Source of the DNA: Eledone cirrhosa
Lineage: Eukaryota
Reading direction: 5' to 3'
NCBI GenBank assembly: GCA_964016885.1
Contig: OZ024742.1
Span: 325,500,001 to 325,564,000, forward strand
Length of the DNA: 64,000 nucleotides
A program made the position numbers and the translations under genes. The stretch's first letter is position 1, and each line of letters starts with the position of its first letter. Shown here piece after piece: positions 42,538-54,990 of the stretch. The notes beneath the pieces were generated by a model that did not search any database, was not told the origin of the DNA, and saw only the letters and a list, made by a program, of their open reading frames with translations.

Positions 42538-42660
42538 GTGTGGAATAGTGGTTATGGTGTTGGAGTCATTATTATAGAATCGTGGGTGCGAATACTGGAT
42601 CATCGATGCATTGTTATCATGGTCGTAAGAGAAAACTATTTATTTCACGTTGCTCAATTT
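42538..42660 (+). mobile_element. Degenerate tRNA-derived CORE-type SINE
   Basis: Box A tggaatagtgg, box B-like ggtgcgaatac, tttatttcacgttgctc shared with 61442. Confidence 0.5.
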
Positions 42661-43263
42661 GAAAGGTTATATCAATAAAAAGTCTTATGGAAGCATTGTT
42701 GCATTCTTGGACCAGAATAACGAGGGATTGCTATTCTTTTATGTGTAGCCCTCAAACATGACCGAATTCAGTTCTAACAGGCAATTATTGTTCAAAGAGT
42801 TTGAAAGGTGAAAATAGATAAAATGGTAATTAGATACTGGAATCAATTTGGAATGAAACATTTTTTTGTATGGTCAGTTGTATGTTGCATTTTCCCTTTA
42901 AATTGGGGCAAGAGTTGTTTCTGCTTTCGGCCCCCGAGTGAAAAGAAATGTATATCGTGTAAAATTGAGCAAAAATGGCTTGTCTTGAAAAATTATGTAG
43001 ATTAGTAGAAAATATATGTTAACGGGATGTAGAAATATGTAAATGAAATATTTGGGTCTCTATATATTTTGTTTTTCGATACAAACATTCTCCATAACGG
43101 AACAAATGAATATTGTCAGCTTCTGTCGAAAGCAATTTACCGACACTGAATGAATAGAGATGCATGTATTCAATTTACATATTTTTAAACCTACATCAGT
43201 TAGGGTACGGCAAGTAGTATTCATATAATTGACTTTGGTTGTATGCTCTTTCGTTTAGAAGAA

Positions 43264-43357
43264 GGAGGAAGGGATATACAATATATTACCATCGAAACCC
43301 TAAAATTTACATCCCTCTACCAAGAAAATTCCGTGTATAAGACAATGTATTACATTC

Positions 43358-43421
<64 letters not shown>

Positions 43422-43498
43422 TATACACGGAATTTTCTTGGTAGAGGGATGTAAATTTTAGGGTTTCGATGGTAATATATTGTATATCCCTTCCTCCT
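43264..43498. repeat. Near-perfect ~75-bp inverted repeat flanking a (TA)n array
   Basis: 43264-43338 versus 43422-43498. Confidence 0.9.
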
Positions 43499-43612
43499 AT
43501 ATATATATAAAATTAATTAAATTAAATTAAATTGAGGCAGTCATGTCCGAGACATGCGCCATATCCACCGTAGAATAACCTCAAAGATTCCAATGAATAG
43601 ATCCGAGGATTT

Positions 43613-43737
43613 TATATCAACTAGAAATTGATTGACATACATATATTTAAAATAAACACATGAAACAATCACAAATTATCCCCTGTGATTCTTTCATGTG
43701 TTTATTTTAAATATATGTATGTCAATCAATTTCTAGT

Positions 43738-43744
<7 letters not shown>
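43613..43744. repeat. ~60-bp-arm hairpin ending at (TA)n
   Basis: tatatcaactagaaattgattgacatac..catgaa versus ttcatg..tctagttgatata. Confidence 0.9.
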
Positions 43745-43771
<27 letters not shown>

Positions 43772-44327
43772 GTATATAAATATGTGTGTGTATGTTTGAG
43801 TATGTTTATGCGCGCATGTATGAGTGTGTGAGGGGGCGTGCGCTTTTTTATGTGGGTACATAATCTAACTAACATAAAATATTTTCAGATGTATCTCCTG
43901 GAACAAAATGTGGACTATATAAGTAAAAGGTAAACTGAAATAGCAAAGCAAATGACATTGTACGACACGAAATATGTTAGTTTTGCGCTTGATATATAGT
44001 AGGAAAATACTCTTCACGTTTAGGAAGGTAGTCCTTGATGAGAAAATAGAATGAGAAATTAAAGATGTAAGTGAAACACAGAGGAGAGTGAGTGGTGCCA
44101 AGAACGATAAAGGAATTCTTCGATAAAAAACATGTCTATTCAGTTCACCATCTCTTGGATATATACATTAGAAAGACCACGGGTCTGATGATCTGTTGAT
44201 TCCAAGGTCGGGCCCGATTGATACGGATCGAACCTTCAGCTAATCAATCATGGAACGCTCGTCACACCTGAATAAACGAAGATCACACCTAATAAATGAG
44301 GATACTTTGATATCTTATCCCTTCTTA

Positions 44328-44410
<83 letters not shown>

Positions 44411-47400
44411 CGTGCAAAACGTTCAGTAAGTCCGATGGAAACTGTTCAGTACGTCCAGAGATAATTGGTGAGAGTGCCAATGTCAGCACTCGATGCAGAG
44501 CAGAGTGTATATAGTACGACTTGTTGTTTAACTCAGTTAGAAATGTTTCCCAGGGAGCCGGCTCATGATCTAGCATCATCATCCCCGACCAGACTCCAAA
44601 TCTGCCTGATCCTCAGAGCAGTGTTAACACAACAAAAATCATAGCAAAATTGAAGATGTTCCAGCCAGACACAAACAAGCCTATAGAATCACCAATCCTG
44701 GGCCTTAAATTCAACGGGAGCATGTATCCCGAGCATTACTAGAAAATATACGTTGTAGTTACATCTACCGAGAAATTGTGTTCAAAATCAATCAATGAAG
44801 GTAAATTAGACCACACGATGTCCATGTTAGTGCAATACAAATACTCACATCACTTTACATCAGATACACGCCATATGCACATTATATTTATTTATGAAGA
44901 ATTTCGTACAAAACCACTGAGGAAATTTCAACACAAATATAATGCCAAGTAAGGAAATAGAACGACATACAAGTACACGTATAATATTGAAAGTTATTGC
45001 CTTTTGGCACTCATTATAATACGAGAACATTAACGTACAATCCATATATTCAATGCATTAAGATTTATGGTATAAACTGTCTTGCTCCCACCACCCGAAT
45101 CTGTAAATAACTAACTTGGACAAACAAAAGATAAAAACATAAAGATTATTCCAACTTACAGACGCAGAACTTTCACAAAATACTATGGAATAAAAATAGA
45201 TTGTAAACGAAAATATTATTGACTATTCCCTGGGCGTAATTCCTCTCAGATATTATTTTCAGCAATCATAGTTTTTTGACAACCACTTTGAGAGAAACAA
45301 ATATCTCATGTTCATAAACACAAATAACATCGAGAGCAGAAAGCCTCGAGCCACACATCGCAGGAGCAATGAAACTGACTAGTCTCATGGATTATGCGCA
45401 TAGTAGATACCGTTTCAGTCAGTTTTATTTAGTCTGCCCACTGACTAACTTTTACTAAATCGTTTGTGCACTGAGTTATTTTTGCTCATATTATTCATAG
45501 CGTTTCTCATCCTCTGATGCTTAGTTAGGGACATCGGCAATAACTTGACTCATAAACATCAGGATGCATTCGATTTGCTACTAGTTGCAATAGACTTATC
45601 CCGGATATTCGCAAAACATTCTGTACTTAATTCGTAGTAGACATAGACAAACTAAAAGATTGCCTCATATATCCCGTAATGTATTACAGCGGCCATTATC
45701 AACCTATCAGGGGTCACGACCGGTGTCGCGATATGAATATGTCTTGAAACTAATTCTAGAATTTCTCAGCCGTTTGTCTAATATCGGATAACACGCATAT
45801 GTGGAATTTTGGCTGTGTAAGTGAGATGCGTATATGCTGTTTGGCCCCTTTTAATAGGTTTGGCTCAATTCGGTCTAAGATATAAGATCAACTGCCATCT
45901 CTCCGTGTCCTTGACGTGTCCTTTGTATTTCCTTTCAAAATATAGTAGAGCGGCTTTTTGCTACAAGTTTAAATGGGGTATTACGTTTCATACTAGATTT
46001 TTTTTCCACCTTTCATCTATCTAATTTCCTTTTTGATATGTCTACGTCCTTGCTGATTTGTGCAATTCGAAATTTGCTATCGAATTGTGATAGTTATAGG
46101 TGCTGCTCTTTGTTTAAATCTATCTGAATATGGTCTCCCTGAATATGGATTCTGATTTACTTAATACGTATACATTCAATATATCCTTTTTTTTTTTTTT
46201 AAAGAAAAACACTTTCAATGGTAAAAATAACACAATTATAAACATCAGTAAGCTCATAATCATCATGGCTAAAATGATTAACATACTCATATCTCATCAT
46301 CCTAATGATCATCGTCGACATCGAGTTTCTTTTCACCATATTCATAATACTATCCACTTCAACCTATCATCGTCAGTTTCATTATCCTTTTTCAGTGACA
46401 CCTTTCTTATTGGAATGGTCTCTATGGAAATAATTGTCACTGAAAAAATGTTTATTTCCAAGACGTTATCATTCTGCAGCTGATCTCACTTTAACATCTC
46501 ATCCTCCTTTCCACACAAAATTGTAAGAAGGCGTTGAGAATAAAGAAATTCTCTAATTTAGTTGCTAATATAATCAAGATTCCTATCTGTCAGTCTTTTA
46601 TTGAAAATATTTAAATGATATGACACGATCGTTACTGAAACTGGATATAGTATTTCTTCTGGTATAAGTCCCTCTTGGTTTGATTCATTAGTGCTCTGTC
46701 GAACGTAAAACCGGTGGTTAACTAAGTGAACATCTCTCATTAAAGCCTTGTGTCTCCTGTATTCTGAATTTCTGTATTCTCTGCCTGCAAGAGCACAATA
46801 ACGTTTGCGTTTCAATTGGCACTGATTCAGCTCCAAAGTGAAAGAGAAATAAATATACCACATGGAGCCTTATACTATTTCTTAGTAATGCCGTAAACGT
46901 AAAATCACCCAACAGTCTTCCACCACAATAGAACATTTATAAATAAATGTCAGCCTTAAATTGGTTACTAGACTTCATAAATTTTCGTTGTCTCATGCAA
47001 GTTATAGAATTACATGTAAATTCCTAAGTTTGCAATGTATGTATATAAAAATTATTTTACTCCAAATATGGCACGTGATAGAATGACAAATTGTGTGTGG
47101 TGGTGGTGGTGTGGGCGCTCGCGTCTGCGTTTACATCATTACATCACTTCAAGTCATTATCATATAATTTCCTAGATGAAATCAACAGCACTTCCTCTCA
47201 TTAATTATTCTGAGACGAGGGAAAAATATCTGAAACTTTCAATTGTTCACTCCTTAGAGAAAGCAAAGTTTCACCGTATAACTATTTGAACTGTGTTTAT
47301 AAAATATTCTCTGCTTATGAACTCAAAACCATCAGTAGTTTCCTTACTTTCCACATTATATATAATAATATTGAGATATAATTGATTGTTATGAATTTAG

Positions 47401-47534
47401 GAACAGTAAAAGTAAAAAGATGTATGCACTAAATCAATAACAAAAAAAAAAAAATGGGTTGTACATATCCAAAATTACTAATTTCGTGAGCGTGATTATT
47501 ATTAATTTAATGAACGTAAAATATGAGAAAGCAT

Positions 47535-47918
47535 GTTTTATGGCGTAGAGCTGCAACCCTTCAGGTTGCGAGTTCAAATCACGCCTAGGTTAGCCCTGCC
47601 TTTCATCCATACGGGGACGATATAATAAAGTATCAGTTATGTATTGGGGTTTATTTTGTCGACTTCCTCCCCAAAATTACTGGCCTTGTGCTTATAATAA
47701 AAATGACTATTTGAAGGAAATTTAGGCGGTGTGGTTGGCAATTTCGATAGAGCGCCGGACAATATGCTTTACGGCATATAGTTTCGTTATGATTTCAAAT
47801 CCGTTCTTGATCAGCTTTCGCTTTAATCCTTACAAGGGTGATAAAACAAAGGAGCCGTAATGCGACTCTCACTTTTCTTATAAATTGCTGGCCTTGTTCC
47901 AAAAGGAGACACAATTAT
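47535..47918 (+). mobile_element. Two tandem degenerate MetaSINE-type SINEs (47535-47700, 47724-47918)
   Basis: gagttcaaatc..gcctttcatccatacggggacgat..tggccttgtg; second copy ggcggtgtggttggc..tgctggccttgttcc. Confidence 0.8.
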
Positions 47919-48385
47919 TTAAAGAAAGTTTAACGAAAATAACTCCTACAAGGCAAAAAATTACTATGCCATATAATAGTTTAGTGGTTTAATAAACCGT
48001 AATATTATATAAGTTGAAAGAAACTTTACAGGAGCATGAAAGGGAAATTGAAATGTACGAAATGTTTCAAAGAAAATAATCCATACTGTTTCTTTGATAT
48101 ATTGAAGCTCGATACATGTGTATCCTATCTTCTAATGTGATTCCTTTGTGATTAGTTGATGCTTTCAACATCCTGAAATGTCTGAGACGAGACTCCTGTA
48201 GATTACATCTCTTTAAAGTCAGGTATGTTTCCATACCTTATCGAAAATTACAAACGTCTGATACGTACTATCAATAGATATATAAGAATCAAACGACATC
48301 TTTTATCGGTTATGGCTTGAAGCATTAGAGGGCATTATATATTAGGATGTTATATACATGCAGATATATATATATATATATATAT

Positions 48386-48623
48386 AGGAACCAGTAAGAC
48401 CCCGACAGCTGAGCTCAAGCCGTTTCGACGGCTAATTCTGGACAGAAACGGCTAATTCTCGACAGAAACGGCTAATTCTCGACAGAAACGGCTAATTCTG
48501 GACAGATACGGCTTGAGCTCAGCTGTCGGGGTCTTACTGGTTCCTATTACCCACTCTACTACCTCAAGTATTGAGTACTTTGGTGCGTTATGGTCCACCT
48601 GGTTCTTACCACATTTCCTTCGT

Positions 48624-48624
<1 letters not shown>
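48386..48624. mobile_element. Family A head-to-head pair with a 20-bp unit iterated four times at the junction
   Basis: 48386-48423 versus 48508-48546 inverted; (aa)acggctaattct(g/c)gacag x4. Confidence 0.88.
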
Positions 48625-48657
<33 letters not shown>

Positions 48658-49051
48658 TATATATATGGCTTTCTGGAGAATAGAGGAAAGGTGTTTCCTC
48701 AAAAACCAGTATGACTCTAAAAACCGGTTTGTCTGTGTGTTTACATACAGAATAGCTGGACACTCACAGTAAAGTGACCAGTGAAAAACTTGGTAGATCT
48801 ACATATGTATACGTGTGTGTATTCATATGCATACTAGTATTTCAGTATACATATGTGGATGTACATTTTTAACTTAATTGTTTAAGCGTCAGTCATACAA
48901 AAGTGAGTTACAAACGAAACGAAATTTAATTTCGTTTCGTTATTTGTTTTTATCGTCTCCGTTGAACCGGTACGTACTCACACTCTATGCAAATTGGTCT
49001 GCCCACTACTAATTTTCATAGAAAAAGCATATAACGATATGTGCTTTTACG

Positions 49052-49146
49052 ATTCTCCAGAAAGGCCGGAAGATAGGTAAATATTGCTGATGAGTTGTAA
49101 CAACAACGAAACTAGTTCAATATTCCTTGTCTGGCTTTCTGGAGAA
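49052..49146 (+). ncRNA. Canonical type I hammerhead ribozyme with extended stem I; predicted cleavage after 49117
   Basis: AAUAUUG CUGAUGA GUUG uaacaa CAAC GAAAC UA GUU/ CAAUAUU; stem I extends via AUUCUCCAGAAAG/CUUUCUGGAGAAU. Confidence 0.92.
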
Positions 49147-49517
49147 TAGAGGAAAGGTGTTTCCTCAAAAACCAGTATGACTCTAAAAACCGGTTTGTCT
49201 GTGTGTTTACATACAGAATAGCTGGACACTTACAGTAAAGTGACCAGTGAAAAACTTGGTACATCTACATATGTATACGTGTGTGTATTCATATGCATAC
49301 TAGTATTTCAGTATACATATGTGGATGTACATTTTTAACTTAATTGTTTAAGCGTCAGTCATACAAAAGTGAGTTACAAACGAAACGAAATTTAATTTCG
49401 TTTCGTTATTTGTTTTTATCGTCTCCGTTGAACCGGTACGTACTCACACTCTATGCAAATTGGTCTGCCCACTACTAATTTTCATAGAAAAAGCATATAA
49501 CGATATGTGCTTTTACG

Positions 49518-49612
49518 ATTCTCCAGAAAGGGCGGAAGATAGGTAAATATTGCTGATGAGTTGTAACAACAACGAAACTAGTTCAATATTCCTTGTCTGG
49601 CTTTCTGGAGAA
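49518..49612 (+). ncRNA. Canonical type I hammerhead ribozyme (second copy); predicted cleavage after 49583
   Basis: Same motif 466 bp downstream. Confidence 0.92.
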
Positions 49613-49811
49613 TAGAGGAAAGGTGTTTCCTCAAAAACCAGTATGACTCTAAAAACCGGTTTGTCTGTGTGTTTACATACAGAATAGCTGGACACTCACA
49701 GTAAAGTGACCAGTGAAAAACTTGGTACATCTACATATGTATACGTGTGTGTATTCATATGCATACTAGTATTTCAGTATACATATGTGGATGTACATTT
49801 TTAACTTAATT

Positions 49812-49851
<40 letters not shown>

Positions 49852-50171
49852 GTGTGTGTGTGAATGTATGTGTGTGTGTATGCGTGTTTGTATGTGCGTA
49901 TGTTTGTGCGTAGAACAATAAAAAACGGACATCAGGTGTAGATAGATATCTATTTCATTGTTTACGATCGTTTTAATAACTATCTACCTACACTAGACTT
50001 CTGTTTTTTATGTTTTATGCTCTAACACATGTATGTAAATGACTCTGTAACGCGAACGAATTGTCGTCGAGGATACCTTAGTCGGCGATCACCTACCACA
50101 ACAAAACTAGAGGTCGCACGCCCGCATCTCGCTGCAACCATCATTCCAAGGACACTTTAAGTTCTAAGAAC

Positions 50172-50261
<90 letters not shown>

Positions 50262-50288
50262 TTATATATATTTATAATATATATATAT

Positions 50289-50903
50289 GGGATTACAACT
50301 TAGCTTCAGGCATAGTAGTATACAGGTATGTATTGGAATTTCGTATGTAAATAGAAATACAGTACGTTTAAAATAAACATTTAGATAGCCGTAACTACGT
50401 CAAAACACCAGCGACTAACGCTGTCTGGCGGTGTCCTGCAGAAACAGGGGGGGGGGGGGGCAATCGTGGGTGCGCATTTCGAAAAATGTTTATTTTAAAC
50501 ATACCGTATTTCTTCTGAAATACGAAATTCCAAAACATAACTGTATACAACTACACCTGCAGCTAAATTGTACTCCTATTCTCTATAAGTTGAGCAAACT
50601 TATACAGATTCATATGCAAATGAGATTAACCACCTCATTTGTACAGACCAGAAAACTATAAATTCTCACATGTTTTCAAAGTCTCGCAGTTGCAAGTGTT
50701 TGTGAGGGATCGTGCTGATGAGAACCATTTCATTTGGAAATGCGCATCCACGATTGTCCACCTTGCCTCTGCAGGGCACCGCCAAACGGCGTTAGGCGCT
50801 GGTGTTTTGGCATAGCTACGGCTCTCTAAATGTTTATTTCAAACATACCGTATTTCTCCTGAAATGCGAAATTCGAATATATTTCTGTATACAACTATGC
50901 CTA
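50289..50903. mobile_element. MITE/foldback element with ~180-bp imperfect TIRs and a third internal copy of the TIR end
   Basis: 50308-50488 versus 50731-50901 inverted; 50484-50576 pairs with 50289-50381. Confidence 0.8.
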
Positions 50904-50955
50904 CATATAATGTATAATTATACATACATATATACGCACAACTACACACGTATGT

Positions 50956-50993
<38 letters not shown>

Positions 50994-51814
50994 CTATAAA
51001 CGTAGATATATTTGTGTGAACGTATGTGTATATATGTGTACATATGTTTCTGTTGACGTTGGACAACTTTGCACGAAATGTATTTAAATTGTTGCGTTTT
51101 AATTTTACACAAAATCGTGTATGGAAATCCAAGGCAATACAAAGAATCTTCCAGAATGTATCCTCTAGCTAGTTTTTCTGTATTGATCAATCTTTGCAAT
51201 TACTGAGCTTCAGTCGATTTGTAGAACGAATATCGTATTTATCAACTACATCATATTTGCTGACAGTCTTCGGATCATCTTTGATGTTGCAGACTAAAGA
51301 GAAGAAAGATTTCCTTCTCCGATATTTTTTCTACAACTACATTCTAATGCGTACTTAATCCATCTATCATGCCTATGGTCTTCTTTTCCTATTTATTCTT
51401 TATTCTAAGATATTTATTTACTGTCGCGAAAACATTCTACGAAAAACATACAACGTTTAAATGTTTAAATGTTTAGAGTATTTAGTCCCGCACTCCGGAA
51501 CTAAATGCATTTGCCACGTATGATGCTTAGCTTTAAAATTCGGAGAGAGAAAAAAGGATCCATACGATCGTGTTGAAGTGTTACTATTATTGACTCTTCT
51601 CGTCTGGTCAGATTGCTGAGGATGGTAATTCGAAAATGACTTAGAAAAATGTCATTTCAGTCCTATTACTTGCAATATTACTATCACCGCTAATGACGAA
51701 ATCCTGATTTTAAACTAGGGAAATACTGAAGATGCTGAACATATGTAGCATTGAATCAAACGCTTATATGTTAGGGGCACTTAAACAGACACACACATTC
51801 ACTCACACACACAC

Positions 51815-51885
<71 letters not shown>

Positions 51886-52200
51886 TAAATGATTAAAGTT
51901 TAAGCAAAAATCGCTGCTTTCACCCTTAACGGGATCTTCTGAAACTAAAAAAAAAAAATCAATTTTTGAACGCAGAGGCAAATATTTCGAAAAACGTTGC
52001 AACTGAAGCAAAACAGGAAGACGATATTTGGTTCGTGAAGACGTTCCCTGGCAATGAATGGAAAAAGCGAAGATAATATGTCATTATGTGGAACGGGAGA
52101 ACAATTATACGCAAAGACAAAACCACGTTTATGGTATAAATGAAGTCGTAGACTAATATTCTATTTAGGAAAGCGAATGATTCTCGGCCTCAGAGTTAAG

Positions 52201-52391
52201 AATAATTGTATCTACTTTTGACACAAGGCCAGCAATTTCCCCAGTGTATTACTGGTACTTTATTTGATCGACCCTGTAAGGATGAAAGGTAAATTTAACC
52301 TCGGCGGGATTTGAACTCAGACCATAAAGGGCCGTAACTCTTTGCTGCAAAGCATGGCGTCCGACCCCTACTAATACTGCCAATCCACCCG
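52201..52391 (-). mobile_element. Full-length MetaSINE-type SINE with TSD cagagttaagaat
   Basis: Core and boxes; TSD at 52191 and 52392. Confidence 0.9.
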
Positions 52392-53641
52392 CAGAGTTAA
52401 GAATGATTTAAATAAATTAGTAGAACGAAAATGACAGAGGTTATTGAAATCAGCAATAATTAAATATATACATACACGCATCCATAAATATCATTGGCGT
52501 AGAGTATTTTCAGGGCTTCAGCGGCGCAACAACGACCACATCTTTAAAAAAATCTGAGGCAATTTCGGCTTGTAAACATAAATTGCATAAAACTTTCCTG
52601 TATTAGAGTCCCACATTTTACCGTAACGGATAGTACGAACAATACGCGGATAATTTACGTCTTGATGTGGTAGCTTAGTATATTTTATGTTTATACCATT
52701 ACTTATTTGTATACCTTACCCGTATGTTTTGTGAATGTACGTATACTTTCTCGTACGTATTTTTGCTTTTATTTGTTATAGGTGTATGTATTATATTATA
52801 TATACTGGTATATGGTTATGTGTATATGTGTATATTGTGTTTGTGTGTGTATGCGTGTTTGCAGGTATGTAAGGTGTGTACTTTGTGTTTTGTTTGACGT
52901 ACGTTTAGTGAACTTATGTGTATTTACCTGTAGGTATGTGTGTGCGTGCGTTATATACGTATTAAATGTGTGTATATTAATATACGTTTATATAACTACA
53001 TGTATACACACACATATATATTTTTTATGTGAATTTAGTGTATAAGTTGGTATGTGTGCGGGTACAGGTATCGTGCGGGTTTGTGTATGTGTGCGCGTGT
53101 TTATGTGTACGTGCTTGTATATGCCTGCATAGCGGGTGTTTTTGCGTATGCATGTGTACGGATGCGTGTATGTGTATATTTAATTATTGTTGATTTCAAG
53201 AACTTTCCATCCAATCATAAATACTGGAAAATACTTAATAAGAACAATATTAAAATATCCTTCTCTGCCACCCCCAATGATAGCAGACATCATAGGAGCA
53301 ACTAATAACAGTAAGATCACAAAAACACGGCACCTTAGCACATATACATCTAGATCTGACAGCAACATTAATAGCCTTAACGTCTCCCTAACAGCACCCA
53401 ATAGTGTTGGTGGCAGCCCCAACAGACGAAACCGACATAACCAAGGCGACACTAGGGAATATGCTGGTGACCTGCAAGGGTCACCCACCGACAACGGAAC
53501 GGGCTGCGGAGTTCGGAGGGATAATGGTACTACCCCACACGCCTCGAGATATAACAGTACCAATGACCAAGATAGAGACATAGATAACAACATAAATAGT
53601 AATAGTAATAGCTTTACTTCAGGAACTAGGAGCGAGCGTGA

Positions 53642-54079
53642 AAATGCAACTGTCTTGACAGGGGAGGCTGCCCTCTCAGGGGAAACTGCCTTACTGATAA
53701 TGTTATTTATAGGTGCACCATCAATGGCCATAATAGAGTTAAACACTATATAGGGGCCAACTCTGGCCAGTTCAAAACTAGATTTAGAACACATCTCCAC
53801 TCTTTCAGGAACAAAAAACTAAGGCACTCCACGTCACTTGCCAATTACGTCACTACATTAAAAGACGCCAACATCAGCTTCTCCACACACTGGAATATTT
53901 TCGGTAGGGCTGCACCCTACAATTTCAAGAGGAAGTGTGAGCTTTGCCTCATGGAGCTTTACTACATCATAAGAACACACCACGAACTCATAAACAACAG
54001 AGCCGAATTAGTCATAAACTGTAGGCACCGAATGCAAGTGTCTTTCGGGTGGGAACCGACTGTGGAACGAAAACTATAA
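53642..54079 (+). pseudogene. Naiad-type GIY-YIG endonuclease domain (open frame missed by the ORF track; frameshifted from upstream)
   Basis: KCNCLDRGGCPLRGNCLTDNVIYRC..HYIGANSGQFKTRFRTHLHSF..STSLANY..WNIFGRAAPY..CELCLMELYYII..LINNRAEL..CRHR. Confidence 0.9.
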
Positions 54080-54391
54080 ACTGGGTCCCCCTGCCCAAAC
54101 CCTAACACTCCGGTGGGCAGGCGGCGCAAACAAACATCTGTGATCTAAAAATGCATCCCAGACCCGGCTCGAACCGGCATTAATAAAGCAACACCCACAA
54201 AATAATAACACCATCATGTGAACGGGTAAAAAAAACCCAGTGGGACAAGATTATTTAAGCACCGGTCGGAGTTACTACCCCTTCTCTGGGGCAATAACAA
54301 CACATGTACTTAAACGAAGAATGAAGTCTGATGTGAATTTAACCTTAAAACCCCTCCTGGGTCGCGTACTGATCATTTTTTTTTGTTTTCT

Positions 54392-54436
54392 ATGCCCTTG
54401 AGAAGCCCGTTCTGGGCGAAACGTACATAGGTGCAT
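54392..54436 (+). ncRNA. Minimal HHR with U3-A8 core variant
   Basis: AUGCCC UUGAGAA GCCC guucu GGGC GAAAC GUAC AUA/ GGuGCAU. Confidence 0.65.
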
Positions 54437-54487
54437 TGTTATATAAACATGTTTGAACGGTATATACTCCTTTGTATTCATTTCTTT

Positions 54488-54679
54488 TGTAACCACTCTG
54501 CTTATTTTCTCGCCCACTAAATATTATCGCTTCTAATATTTAACCATGTAGGCACAAGTATTGAGCAGATTTGCACAAACTTTTGGCAACTAAATATATG
54601 TATCGCTTATCTTTCCTTTTTTCTCTCTCTCTCTCTCGATACTTAAACATTCTCTCTCTCTTTCTCTCTCTCTCCCTCA

Positions 54680-54766
<87 letters not shown>

Positions 54767-54969
54767 TAGATAGAGAGAGAGAGAGGGAGAGAGAGAGAAA
54801 GAGAGAGAGAATGTTTAAGTATCGAGAGAGAGAGAAACAAGGAAAGATAAGCGATACATATATTTAGTTGCCAAAAGTTTGTGCAAATCTGCTCAATACT
54901 TGTGCCTACATGGTTAAATATTAGAAGCGATAATATTTAGTGGGCGAGAAAATAAGCAGAGTGGTTACA
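54488..54969. repeat. ~480-bp near-perfect palindrome centred on (TA)n
   Basis: 54488-54702 versus 54751-54969, including mirrored (CT)n/(GA)n tracts. Confidence 0.92.
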
Positions 54970-54990
54970 TATATATATATATATATATAT

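Larger units (their letters stand above)
48666..49816 (+). mobile_element. Retrozyme-like tandem array, 466-bp unit x ~2.5, between (TA)n arrays
   Basis: Units start at 48666, 49132, 49598; near-identical; one canonical HHR per unit; several internal hairpins; no recognisable ORF. Confidence 0.9.
53190..54650 (+). mobile_element. 5'-truncated Naiad-type PLE (second family) with 3' UTR/pLTR
   Basis: KNFPSNHKYWKILNKNNIKISFSATPN, long low-complexity linker, then GIY-YIG; HHR in the UTR. Confidence 0.88.

Noticed and set aside
44185-44240. Degenerate HHR-like motifs here and at 12330, 27724, 44540, 63510
   Set aside because: Each lacks an intact core, GAAA or cleavage site; probably decayed pLTRs but not supportable individually
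48424-48506. CRISPR-like short repeat array
   Set aside because: Repeats are contiguous with no spacers; eukaryotic retroelement context
53639-53641. TGA just before KCNC as possible Sec codon
   Set aside because: It lies at a frameshift and is not in frame with the upstream linker
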